Below are positions 1 to 9,550 of a stretch of DNA of 64,000 bases, piece after piece. The notes under the pieces are model-generated. The model was given only the letters and a program-made list of their open reading frames with translations. It was not told the DNA's origin and ran no database searches. The stretch is taken from positions 1,024,001-1,088,000 of the forward strand of contig CAVOKF010000007.1 in the NCBI GenBank assembly GCA_963696385.1, read 5' to 3'. A program made the translations under genes and the position numbers. The DNA comes from an uncultured delta proteobacterium. GTDB lineage: Bacteria > Myxococcota_A > Polyangia > Polyangiales > Polyangiaceae. The number at the start of each line of letters is the position of its first letter. The stretch's first letter is position 1.

Positions 1-215
1 GGATGCGGTCGAGAGCGCCGCGCGCTGGGGAGGTGCCACGAAGGTTGCCGTCACGTTCGCGGTCGAGAGTCTTCCCGCCGCGTGGCTTGCGGCTCTACCG
101 GATCGGGGCCAGCTGGTGGCACCGGTCGGGGCACCCGACCGTGATCAGCGACTCGCGCTCGTCACGAAGAGGCGGGGCCGAATCATCGAGACGGATCACG
201 GATCGGTCCGCTACG

Positions 216-1985
216 TCAAGAACCGGTCACCGAGGTAGAACGGCCTGCAAGCTTCCATGGGGCGATGGAGAATGCACGGTGGTCCACGTGGAGCCGAAGC
301 AAGTGCTCGGCGGCCGCGTCTTTGAATGACGGGGGCGTCGTGACAACGACCCCGATTCGGCGGAGGATCCGCGACAAAGACAAGGCGAGCCATTCGCCTC
401 CCGCGAGGAATGGCTCCATGCGGTGCCGATTGTGCAGCCATATCTGAGCGCAGGCAGCGGCGGCGTGAAGGGCGCACGCTCGTTCGGCGAACTCGAAGAG
501 CTCGGGAGCTTGCGCGTCGAGGACATCCCGACAGCGTGCGAATGAGGCGTCCTCTTCGCGCATCGACCGATCGAGCGCATCGCCGAGCGACGCCAGGACG
601 CGCACGACGGCGCGCTCGACCCCGTCAAGCCCCGCTGGGTTCCGCAGTCGCTCGAAAAAAAGATCAAGCCCGAGCTTCGGGTCCCGGAGGCGCGCGTAAG
701 GCCGCAGTCGGCCAGGATCGAACCCCGGGAGAGTTTGATCGAGACTGAAGATCGAACCAAGAATCTCGGCGAAGTGCGCCCTTTCAGAGGCGCTCGCACC
801 GGAGCGGAACATAGCGACCTGAGACAATCCCATTCCCACGGTTTGCAACAGCATGAAGCCGCCGGCATGAAACATCGGCACGGCGCCGTGGTCGCGCACG
901 ATCTTCTGGAAGATCCCGAACCGTGGCCCTTCTCTCAGATACGACCTCGCCCCGAGGATCTCGCCGAGGCTTGCGAGCATGCGTTCCACCGTCGTAGGAA
1001 CGAAGGCCTTGCAGGCGGCCGACCAAAAACGCATTTCCTCCGGGGCCATATGCAACGCCCGCGCAGAACCCACCACGACGCACTCGCACACGAGCAAATC
1101 GATGAAAGCGTCGACGAGGAACGCGCGCGGCCGGGGTAACGCGAAGACGGTCGTCCCCTGGAGTCGCCGATGCGCCGCGAAGTCCACCACCGTCCTGAGC
1201 GCGGTGTCGGCCGCTCCAAGCGACAGCGCAGGCAGGAGCGCTCGAGTAATTTGGAATGAACGCAGCGTGAGCTCCATCCCCTCGCCGAGACGGCCGAGCA
1301 ACGCGTCGGCGGCCAGCGGCGCGTCAGTGAAGCGAAATGCGCCGAAGTCGGCGCCTCGCGCCCCGTGGGTCTTGAGACGCGGGAGCTGCGCGAAGTTATC
1401 GTCCGGCAATTTGCGCTTATCGACGAGAAACAACGAGAAGCCACGGGGACCGCCTTTCGGGTCCGTCCGAGCAAACACGGTCTGCACCTCGCCGCGAGTC
1501 GCGTTGTTGACGAACCACTTCTCGCCGGTCAACCGGTACCCGCCGGTGACCGGGATGCAGGTCGTCTCCGTGGCCAGGAAGTCACTGCCGTGCGCCTGCT
1601 CGTGATAGGCGAGGCCCATTCGGCCGCCCGCGGAAATATGAGCGGCGATTTCTCGCCGCTGAGTCGGCGACCCGGCCGTCCACACGTGAACCGCCCCTCC
1701 GAACGTGATCTGATGGGCGATCGCGGCCGTGAGATCGCGACGGCCGACCGCACGGAGGATCCCGGCAAGCTCCGGGTAGCTCGACAGCCGGCCGCCCTCG
1801 GCAACCGGGACGTAGTAGCGGCCAATGCCCAGATCGTCGAGCAACGCGGACGCGGCCTCCGGATAAGCGTCGCGCTCGTCCAAGTCCAAGCCGCGAGCAA
1901 ACGACAACGGTTGGTTCGGGTCGTTGGGATCGCCCAGCTGCTCTTCGAGCGATTCATGGGCTCGCTGCAGCCCCGCTTCCCACAT
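216..1985 (-). CDS. Acyl-CoA/acyl-ACP dehydrogenase family protein (ACAD-1)
   Basis: ACAD motifs LAYHEQAHGSD, LTGEKWFVNNA, KTHGARGADFG, LGARSYLRE. ATG at 1985 chosen because it lies just after the ACP stop at 1990; the ORF track starts at 2048. Confidence 0.88.
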   Translation of the reverse strand: MWEAGLQRAHESLEEQLGDPNDPNQPLSFARGLDLDERDAYPEAASALLDDLGIGRYYVPVAEGGRLSSYPELAGILRAVGRRDLTAAIAHQITFGGAVHVWTAGSPTQRREIAAHISAGGRMGLAYHEQAHGSDFLATETTCIPVTGGYRLTGEKWFVNNATRGEVQTVFARTDPKGGPRGFSLFLVDKRKLPDDNFAQLPRLKTHGARGADFGAFRFTDAPLAADALLGRLGEGMELTLRSFQITRALLPALSLGAADTALRTVVDFAAHRRLQGTTVFALPRPRAFLVDAFIDLLVCECVVVGSARALHMAPEEMRFWSAACKAFVPTTVERMLASLGEILGARSYLREGPRFGIFQKIVRDHGAVPMFHAGGFMLLQTVGMGLSQVAMFRSGASASERAHFAEILGSIFSLDQTLPGFDPGRLRPYARLRDPKLGLDLFFERLRNPAGLDGVERAVVRVLASLGDALDRSMREEDASFARCRDVLDAQAPELFEFAERACALHAAAACAQIWLHNRHRMEPFLAGGEWLALSLSRILRRIGVVVTTPPSFKDAAAEHLLRLHVDHRAFSIAPWKLAGRSTSVTGS

Positions 1986-1989
1986 GCTT

Positions 1990-2265
1990 CTATCCGGCCA
2001 GCGAGTCGGCGACGTGGCCATTGGCGAGCGCGTGGGCAACGGCCCCAATCGTGGGGTAGTCCCACGTGATCAACGCATCGACCTCGATGCCGAATGCATC
2101 GGACAACTCACTCGCGAGCGTCACCGCAACGAGTGAACTCAAACCGAGGTCCTCGAAGGCGGTCGACGGTCCCACGGTCGCCACGTCGACGCGCGCGAGG
2201 CGAGCCACGGCGGCAATCATCCATTCGCGCAGCGCTTGTTCGGTCGGCGGCTCTTTTATCGTCAT
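1990..2265 (-). CDS. Acyl carrier protein
   Basis: 91 aa with FEDLGLSSL (phosphopantetheine Ser) and WDYPTIGAVA; coupled to both flanking ACAD genes. Confidence 0.9.
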   Translation of the reverse strand: MTIKEPPTEQALREWMIAAVARLARVDVATVGPSTAFEDLGLSSLVAVTLASELSDAFGIEVDALITWDYPTIGAVAHALANGHVADSLAG

Positions 2266-3944
2266 CAGCTTCCTCCACTATCGCAGTCGGCAAAAAGCGA
2301 AAAGGAAACGCGGCGATCGGTGGCGTCGAGGATGAATTCCAGCAGACGCTCTCGACATCCCTGAGCCGCGCCGGGCGACCATCCCCCTTCGCCCAGTTCG
2401 TGTGCAAGAGAGAGAACGAGCCAATCCCCGGCCGCGATTAGGCCACCCAGCCGAGGCGCACTGTGGACGAAGACGCTCGCCGACAGGGCGGCCGCCGCGA
2501 GGCGCGCGTAACGGCTCGCCAGGTTGACCAGCTCGGGCGTCACATCGAACGGGCCCCGCGGCGCGAGCGACGCCATCTTCGTGCGGGTGGCGTGTGCTGC
2601 GGCCACAACCTGCTCGAGCATCGGTCGAAGAATCTCGGCATGATTGTGTCCGGGCAGATGCGCGAGCGCGTCCCGCGCGACCTCTTCGGCACCATGCACC
2701 CGATGGGCGACAATCGCCAGGCGACGCGGGTCGATCTCGTCGACGGGAACGAGAAGCTGCGCTGCATTCGACGCGAACTCGCCGGTGCTACGGCTGAGCG
2801 CGCTTGCGTGAAGAGCGATGTTGGTCAAGTTCACCAGGGTATTTCCGTCGAATACGCTCAGAATGCCGATGTCTCGCTGAATCTTCTGGAACATTCCCGA
2901 CGCGTCGCCCTCGCGCAGGTAGTGCCTGGCTCCGAAGACGACGCCGAGATCGCGCACCAATCGCTCGGCCGTGGTCGGCACGTGATACTTGAGCACAGAG
3001 GACCAGAAGGTCGCCTGTTCCGGAGCCGCGTGCAGCATTCGCGCACCTGCCAGGGATGCGGCTTCGCAGGCCAGGAGATCCGCGGCGGCTGAGGATAGCG
3101 CGGCGCGGGCGTGGGGGATCTCTAGGACGGTACCGCCGTACAGCGATCGCGATCGCGCGAAGGCGACCACGATCCGCAGCGCAGAATCTACGGCGCCGAC
3201 CGCCACGTTCGCGATGAGCGTCCGCGTGACTGTGAACGTCTTGAGGACGACGGAGAGCCCGGCCCCCGCTCCACCGACGGGCTGGGTAGAGCACGGCGCA
3301 TTCTCGAAGCGAATGCCGCTGATGTCGGCTCCTCGAATTCCGTGGGTCCGGATTTTCGGCAGCGTCGCGTAAGCGCCCTGGGCTTGGCGCTTGTCCAGGA
3401 AGAGCAACGAGAACCCCCGAGGTCCGCCCTCGGAACGGGTGCGAACGAAGACCGATAGGGCCGTTGCCCGCGTCGCATTGTTGATGAGCCACTTTTCGCC
3501 GTTTACCGACAACACAGACGACCCCTCGGCGCGGGTCACGCTCGAAAGCAGGTCACTACCGTTGTGGCGTTCCGTCAGGGCGAGTGCGATCGGCTCTCCC
3601 GCGATCACGCGGGCGGCCACGATCGCTTTCAGGGTCGACACGCCCGCGAGAAATACGGGCAGGGTGCCCAGGCCCGTCTTGCCGTGCGCGACCGCGAGAG
3701 TCACATCTCGGCGCGCGATCGCCCGTTGCATGCAAGCGAGTTCCTCGAAAGAGCGAAGTTCGCCGCCAGCGTGAATCGGAACGTAGTGCTTGCACACGCC
3801 GAGTCGGTCCAGCTCCGCAGCGGCCTGAGCGGGAAACTCCTCTCGCTCATCCAAGCGGACCGCCCACCGAAAACCCAGCGGACCGTCATCGCTCGCGGGA
3901 TCGCCCATCGCCCGGTCGAGCCGGAGCGGGTCGAATGCCCTCAT
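2265..3944 (-). CDS. Acyl-CoA/acyl-ACP dehydrogenase family protein (ACAD-2)
   Basis: LALTERHNGSDL, VNGEKWLINNATR, RTHGIRGADISG, FGARHYLRE, FDGNTLVNL; start overlaps the FAAL stop. Confidence 0.9.
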   Translation of the reverse strand: MRAFDPLRLDRAMGDPASDDGPLGFRWAVRLDEREEFPAQAAAELDRLGVCKHYVPIHAGGELRSFEELACMQRAIARRDVTLAVAHGKTGLGTLPVFLAGVSTLKAIVAARVIAGEPIALALTERHNGSDLLSSVTRAEGSSVLSVNGEKWLINNATRATALSVFVRTRSEGGPRGFSLLFLDKRQAQGAYATLPKIRTHGIRGADISGIRFENAPCSTQPVGGAGAGLSVVLKTFTVTRTLIANVAVGAVDSALRIVVAFARSRSLYGGTVLEIPHARAALSSAAADLLACEAASLAGARMLHAAPEQATFWSSVLKYHVPTTAERLVRDLGVVFGARHYLREGDASGMFQKIQRDIGILSVFDGNTLVNLTNIALHASALSRSTGEFASNAAQLLVPVDEIDPRRLAIVAHRVHGAEEVARDALAHLPGHNHAEILRPMLEQVVAAAHATRTKMASLAPRGPFDVTPELVNLASRYARLAAAALSASVFVHSAPRLGGLIAAGDWLVLSLAHELGEGGWSPGAAQGCRERLLEFILDATDRRVSFSLFADCDSGGS

Positions 3945-5704
3945 CCAGCCTCGACTTCACGAAGGTCCAGACGCTCAAGAACCTCGAACTTGCCAAGCGT
4001 GTGGGCACGCTTGCATGCCTGACGACGAATCTTGCCGCTCGATGTCTTCAGCAAGGTGCCGACCGGCACTACCGCAATGACCGAGGCATCCACCTGGTGA
4101 TCGCAACCGATAGCGCGGCGAACGGCGTCGATGACGTCGCGGAAGGCGGTCGCACTGTTCGAAGGCAACGACCGGCGTTCATTCTCGACCAAGACCGTCA
4201 GGTGCTCACGATGGCCGTCGTCGACCGCGAACGCCACCGCACCGCCGGCGACGATCGAAGGGCTCGCCGATTCCGCAGAGCGCTCGATGTCCTGCGGGTA
4301 AATGTTCCGGCCCGACAGGATGATCATGTCCTTGCGACGACCCACGACATAGAGCTCGCCGCCGCGCACGAAGCCGAGATCCCCGGTTCGGAGGAAGGGA
4401 CCTCGGTCATCGGGCTGCGTGCGTCCACCGAACGTTTCCTTGGTCGCGTCCGCGTCGCCGTAATAGCCCGCGGCAACGCTCGGCCCGGCTAGCCAGATTT
4501 CGCCGATCTCTCCGTCCGGCATCGCCCGGAGAGAATCCGGATCCACAATCACAAGCTCGATGTCGGCGAACGGCACGCCCGAACTGGCAATCGTCCGCGC
4601 CCGTGTCGTGAGCGCATCGGCGTCCCGCAATTCGCCCCGTTCCAGCGCGTCCGCGTCGCAGGTGCGCGGGTGCAGGCGGGTCGCTGAACCTGAGGCCACG
4701 CACAGTGTAGCTTCCGCGAGCCCGTAGCAGGGATGGAAGGCCCCGGCGCAGAAGCCTGCGGGGGCAAACTTGCGTGCAAAGGCATCCAGGGTCGACGGAC
4801 GAATCGGCTCCGCACCGTCGTGAGCGACCCGCCATGAGGTTAGGTCCAGCTCCGTGATCTCCCGGGGCGAGATTCTCTCAACGCAGAGATCGAACGCGAA
4901 GTTCGGCCCCCCGCTGTGGGTCGCCCGGTAACGACTGATGGCGCGAAGCCATCGCACCGGTTTTTGAAGGAATGCAACTGGGGGCATCGCCACACATCGA
5001 AAGCCACCGAAGATGGGTTCGAGCATGCCGTCGACGAGGCCCATATCGTGAAACACGGGGAGCCAGGTCACCGATATGCTGCTGCGATCGTGCCGCCCAT
5101 TCTCATGGATTCGTTGCAGGTTGTTCATCAGGTTGGCGTGGGTGATGACAACCCCCCTGGGGGCGGACGTGGATCCTGACGTGAACTGGAGAAACGCTAC
5201 GGCGTCACGACGTGCACGAGACTCGACCTTCGCATCGGGCCGAGGAACATTGCTGGGATCCAGCACCGGACACAGCGCAAGCGGGGACACGACGGCGGCC
5301 AAATCGTGCACGACGGCCTGCATCTTCCCCGACGCGAGGACCAACGAAGGGCGCGACACTCGCGCGACTTCGTCGATCCGTTCCAAGGATCTCTTGAGTG
5401 GGCGTGAGGGCGGCAAGCTAGCCACCGGAATGACGCCGGAGTGGAGACACCCCAGAAAGGACAGCAAGAAGTCGAGACCCGGTCGGAAGAACAGGATGGC
5501 GCGGTCGCCCACACCCGCATGGCTCCGCACCGCGCTGGAGATAGCGAGCACTCGTTCCGCGAGGCGGGGCCACGACAGCGATTCCGTGAGGACTTCGCCA
5601 TCCTCGAGAAAACTGAACCCCCCGCAGGATTCGTCGCGCGCCCGAGCCAGAAGCACGTCGATAATCGTCTCGGCTTCGAGCACGCGACCGTCGGTGGCGT
5701 GCAT
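3941..5704 (-). CDS. Fatty acyl-AMP ligase (FAAL)
   Basis: AFLQFTSGSTSAPRGV, WLPVFHDMGL, PCYGLAEATL, FLRTGDLGF, GRNIYPQDIE, KTSSGKIRR. Start taken at ATG 5704 (5743 also possible); the longer ORF-track start overlaps the kinase gene. Confidence 0.92.
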   Translation of the reverse strand: MHATDGRVLEAETIIDVLLARARDESCGGFSFLEDGEVLTESLSWPRLAERVLAISSAVRSHAGVGDRAILFFRPGLDFLLSFLGCLHSGVIPVASLPPSRPLKRSLERIDEVARVSRPSLVLASGKMQAVVHDLAAVVSPLALCPVLDPSNVPRPDAKVESRARRDAVAFLQFTSGSTSAPRGVVITHANLMNNLQRIHENGRHDRSSISVTWLPVFHDMGLVDGMLEPIFGGFRCVAMPPVAFLQKPVRWLRAISRYRATHSGGPNFAFDLCVERISPREITELDLTSWRVAHDGAEPIRPSTLDAFARKFAPAGFCAGAFHPCYGLAEATLCVASGSATRLHPRTCDADALERGELRDADALTTRARTIASSGVPFADIELVIVDPDSLRAMPDGEIGEIWLAGPSVAAGYYGDADATKETFGGRTQPDDRGPFLRTGDLGFVRGGELYVVGRRKDMIILSGRNIYPQDIERSAESASPSIVAGGAVAFAVDDGHREHLTVLVENERRSLPSNSATAFRDVIDAVRRAIGCDHQVDASVIAVVPVGTLLKTSSGKIRRQACKRAHTLGKFEVLERLDLREVEAG

Positions 5705-6007
5705 GTGGGTTAGGTACGTCGAAGTCGCCAGACGCGTCAACATCGTCCAGCATTGGCACCCCATCGTGTCGGCGTGGTGGCGGTGCTGTTTCGTCGGCGC
5801 GCCCCGCACACTGCACAAACGTCTGCCGTTGACCCATGGCGGAATGGGTGTCTGATGGGTTTGGTGTGGAAGGCCTGTGCTCAACCTGTGGTGCGCGCTT
5901 CCGAAACAGTTACTGTAGTTGAACCCCCGAGCACGCCGCGTTCGTCCGCGCTGCCCCGGCTGGACTCGTTCCGGACGAATGACCGCGCGAGCAATAGCGG
6001 ACCGCGC

Positions 6008-7630
6008 ATGGACGAGCGCGTCGCCACACAGATCGGTTTGCGGCGCGCGCTCGCGGTCGCCTGCGTCGTGTGGCTTGGATTCATCGGGCTCGATTTCGTG
6101 GTCGTACGATATTTGGACGCCGGATCGTTTGTGCACTTCATCGAGTGGCGTGCCGCGGTACTGGCCGTAACCCTCTTCGTGCTCGTGCGATTGAGTCGAC
6201 GCCCGCCACCGTCCGAGCTGGTTCTGCGGGCCGCGGACGTCCTGGTTTATGGGTCCGGTGCGGTGGCGATCGCCCTCATGTGTGTCGAATTCCGAGGCCT
6301 GGCCAGCCCGTACATTCCCGGCTTCTGTCTCGCGCTTCTTTCACGCACTGTCACGGCTCCCGATCCCTGGAAGCGCGGCGTGACCATGACCGGGATTCCT
6401 GTGCTGTGCTTCTTTGCCGTGCTGTTCGGCGCAGCATTTTTCTCGCCTCGAATTGCCGCGCAGTTTCATGATCCCGGCGCACTCACGACGTTGGTGCTCA
6501 ACGCCGGCTACGTCCTCGGTACCTGCGTGTTTCTCATCGCGGGGAGCCACATCGTATGGTCCTTGCGACGCCAGGTTTTCGAGGCTCGGAGCCTTGGGCG
6601 CTACCGGCTCAAGAGTCGAATCGCTGCCGGCGGCATGGGGGACGTGTGGCTGGCTTACCACCCCGGACTCAAGCGCGACGTGGCCGTAAAGATCCTCCGA
6701 CCCGATGAGCGCGAGCGGTCGGAGATGGCCTTGACCCGATTCGAACGCGAGGTCCGGTCAACCGCGGAGCTCATGCACCCAAACACCGTGCGCGTCTTCG
6801 ACTACGGCGTGACCGAGGACGGACTCTGGTATTACGTGATGGAGTTGCTGGAGGGTGAGACACTGGCAGACCACGTCGCGCGTCTGGGACCGCTGCCCCC
6901 AGCCCGTGCCGTCCACATCGTGGGGCAAGCCGCACGCGCTCTTGGAGAGGCCCACGAGAAGGGGATCGTGCACCGTGACGTGAAGCCCGAGAACCTATTT
7001 CTCACCGCGCTCGGCGGCGAGCACGACTTCGTGAAGGTCATCGACTTCGGCATCGCGAAGGTCCAGAATGTCGATGGCAAAATGACCGATACCGGGTCGC
7101 TCCTCGGAACGCCCGCGTACATGTCGCCGGAGATGGCGATGGGGCTTACGGCCGACGCTCGCTCGGACGTCTACGCGCTCGGCGCGGTCCTTTACTTTCT
7201 CCTGTGCGGCAAGCCGCCGTTCGAGGCCGAGAGCGCGGGCGCCCTCATCTTTGCGCACGTGAACCAGGCCGTCATGCCACCGTCGCAGAATCTTGGGCGA
7301 CCCTTGCCTGGCGACGTGGAGGCCGTTGCCATGCGGGCGCTCGCGAAGGACCCGAACGAACGCTACGCGAGCGCGGCCGAGCTCGCGCTCGCGCTCGCCG
7401 CCTGCACGCTCGCGGGCAAGTGGACCTTCGGGGACGCCACCACGGTTGCTCGGCGCAGCAGCCGCCCGCCCCCTGCCGCTGGGTTGGAGGCGTTTCCGTC
7501 CATGCGCCCTCCACGGGTGCCCCAGTTCGAACAGCCGGCTCTCCGGGATCCGGCGTCCTCCGAGACACCGTCTGGGTCAAACGCAAGCGCGATTGCCGAA
7601 GACGGGCACCGCGCACTCGCGTCGCGATAG
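6008..7630 (+). CDS. Membrane-anchored Ser/Thr protein kinase with multi-TM N-terminal sensor domain
   Basis: About 6 hydrophobic segments, then Hanks motifs AGGMGDVW, VAVKIL, HRDVKPEN, DFG, GTPAYMSPE, SDVYALG. Start uncertain (5855-6008). Confidence 0.9.
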   Translation: MDERVATQIGLRRALAVACVVWLGFIGLDFVVVRYLDAGSFVHFIEWRAAVLAVTLFVLVRLSRRPPPSELVLRAADVLVYGSGAVAIALMCVEFRGLASPYIPGFCLALLSRTVTAPDPWKRGVTMTGIPVLCFFAVLFGAAFFSPRIAAQFHDPGALTTLVLNAGYVLGTCVFLIAGSHIVWSLRRQVFEARSLGRYRLKSRIAAGGMGDVWLAYHPGLKRDVAVKILRPDERERSEMALTRFEREVRSTAELMHPNTVRVFDYGVTEDGLWYYVMELLEGETLADHVARLGPLPPARAVHIVGQAARALGEAHEKGIVHRDVKPENLFLTALGGEHDFVKVIDFGIAKVQNVDGKMTDTGSLLGTPAYMSPEMAMGLTADARSDVYALGAVLYFLLCGKPPFEAESAGALIFAHVNQAVMPPSQNLGRPLPGDVEAVAMRALAKDPNERYASAAELALALAACTLAGKWTFGDATTVARRSSRPPPAAGLEAFPSMRPPRVPQFEQPALRDPASSETPSGSNASAIAEDGHRALASR

Positions 7631-7641
7631 ACCTCGAAAGT

Positions 7642-9387
7642 CTATGACTCGACGTCGAGAAATGCGCACCCGCCGGTGGCATCGTGCTTCACAGTCATGC
7701 GGGACGGTCGAGACCCGAGGGATCGGCCGAGGCGCAGCATGTCGCTTTCCGTGCGGTAGAGAATCGGCCAATCGAGTGCGTATTCCATGATCCACGTCGA
7801 GTCGGGGGCTTCGACCATGTTCCCGAGCAGCATTCTGCCGTCCCGTCGGACCAGCGAGTAGAGCCGTCTCGTGAGACGCTCCGCGACCGGGTCCGGCAAA
7901 TAGTCGTACAGGCCCGTCGAGTAGACGAGATCGAGTTCACCTAAGGTCTCCAGGACCACGGCCTTCTCTTCGGCCGTCCGAGGACTCACTAGCTGCCGCA
8001 CCGAAAAGTGAAGGCAGCGCACGGTTACAGGGAGCAGACCATGGTGGCGCTCCAGAAGGAGGCGAGTGAGTTGGCGGTGCGCCGATTCGTGGGCGGCGCG
8101 ATCCTGATCCAGAAGGATCAATTGGACGGGCCTCTCGAGGCTCTCCGTTTCGTGAAGCCAGCGGCGCAGCTCCATCCCCGGTCCCGCAGCGACCGCCAGA
8201 ACACGCAGTGGGGCCGTCCCCCGTCCGTGCTCCTGGACGGTCCGATGCAGGGCCTCGCGCAAAACCATTTCGCGTGCGACCGCCGCGCGGACGAGGCTCG
8301 ACCGCTGCGAGATCGAAAACAAGAATCGGCCGAAAAGCCCTTCGCCCATGGGCTCATCGGCGAAGCACATCTCCATCATTCGATAGTCCCCCGCGTAGCC
8401 CAGTGGCTTCTCGTAGGCTCGCTTGTTCAACAGGCATGAGGCCAAGAGGGGCATGAGTGTCGACGACGCGTAGCTGCGCCCGAGCAGCGCAGTGCGCTCG
8501 TCGAAGCCCTTGCTCATTTCGTGCAACCGCGTCACGGCCTCGTAGAACCAATGGCCCCAGCGCTGGCCCAGGGCGTCGAAGAGTTGGGCCTCTTCGTCGC
8601 GGCGCCGGAGCGGGTCGTCCGCGCTGACACGCTCGAACTCTTCGACCTCGGCCCGCGCGTCTTCCAGGAGATGGCGGAGATCGCCCACCGCAGCGCGCCA
8701 CTCCGCCGGCAGACGTTCGGCCTGCTCGCGACGGATGGCCAGTCGCCCTTCCAATGTGGCACCGAGTCGAAGGTGATGGATGTCCAAGAGTCCGGACGTG
8801 AACCGAGCGCCGAACCGCTCCGCACTTCCGTGCACCACGACGGCGTCCCCCACCCAGACGGGGCGATCGCCCAGCACGAGCTCGAGCGATTCGAGAACGC
8901 TGCCTGGGGAAAGTGCGGCTTCGTCGGGCGATACCGCCGAGAACCCGGCTGTGCTCAAATCGATCACCTGCAACGGACCGACGGCTGTCCCTTCGCATTG
9001 GAAGCGGCAGACGAGGTCCGCCGGCACCTCAGCCGCGTTGAGGCGCGCGGGCCGGAACGTCACCGCGACGCCCGCCGCACCCTGAAGGTCTTCATGCGCC
9101 CGAGGGGGCCAAGAGCGAGGGGGCGACGACGGATGCTCACGCGACCAAGATGGGGGCGGCGCGGAGCGAGGCGGCGGCGATGCGGGACGCGGCAGCGGCG
9201 ACGAGCGCGGCGGCCGCGAAGAAGGTCGAGGCGGTGGGCGCGGCCGTTCCGTCGAAGGCGGCACCTCATCGGTCGCAAGGTCCCCGCGCACTTCGGGGAG
9301 CGACCGATCGTCGGCCGGATCGTCTGACGCGCTTGGGCTGTCGGCGAACTGCGCGCTACCGTTCGACGCGTCTTCGAAGAGGCTCAT
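7642..9387 (-). CDS. PilZ-like domain + PhcB-like class I SAM-dependent methyltransferase
   Basis: Pro-rich N-terminus; PilZ-type DLSTAG motif; RAYEKPLGYAGDY motif as I recall from PhcB-type proteins; SAM-binding VLAVAAGPGME, LLDQD, DLVYSTGLYDYL, LLGN. Confidence 0.75.
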   Translation of the reverse strand: MSLFEDASNGSAQFADSPSASDDPADDRSLPEVRGDLATDEVPPSTERPRPPPRPSSRPPRSSPLPRPASPPPRSAPPPSWSREHPSSPPRSWPPRAHEDLQGAAGVAVTFRPARLNAAEVPADLVCRFQCEGTAVGPLQVIDLSTAGFSAVSPDEAALSPGSVLESLELVLGDRPVWVGDAVVVHGSAERFGARFTSGLLDIHHLRLGATLEGRLAIRREQAERLPAEWRAAVGDLRHLLEDARAEVEEFERVSADDPLRRRDEEAQLFDALGQRWGHWFYEAVTRLHEMSKGFDERTALLGRSYASSTLMPLLASCLLNKRAYEKPLGYAGDYRMMEMCFADEPMGEGLFGRFLFSISQRSSLVRAAVAREMVLREALHRTVQEHGRGTAPLRVLAVAAGPGMELRRWLHETESLERPVQLILLDQDRAAHESAHRQLTRLLLERHHGLLPVTVRCLHFSVRQLVSPRTAEEKAVVLETLGELDLVYSTGLYDYLPDPVAERLTRRLYSLVRRDGRMLLGNMVEAPDSTWIMEYALDWPILYRTESDMLRLGRSLGSRPSRMTVKHDATGGCAFLDVES

Positions 9388-9550
9388 CTGAACACCATGG
9401 GAAAGGGGGCGGGGTTCCGTGCGCGAGGCAGTGCAACCAGACGCACGCACTTATGCAAGAAGGTACGGTGGTCTCGCCTTGCGAGATAACCCCTATGTGG
9501 TGACTTCTCGGTGACGCCCGCCAAAGGGGGGCGTGTGCATGCGTCAGTCC

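Noticed and set aside
1..215. Short ORF at the window's left edge (3..329 +)
   Set aside because: Low-complexity Arg-rich translation that overlaps the ACAD 3' end; no support as a gene.
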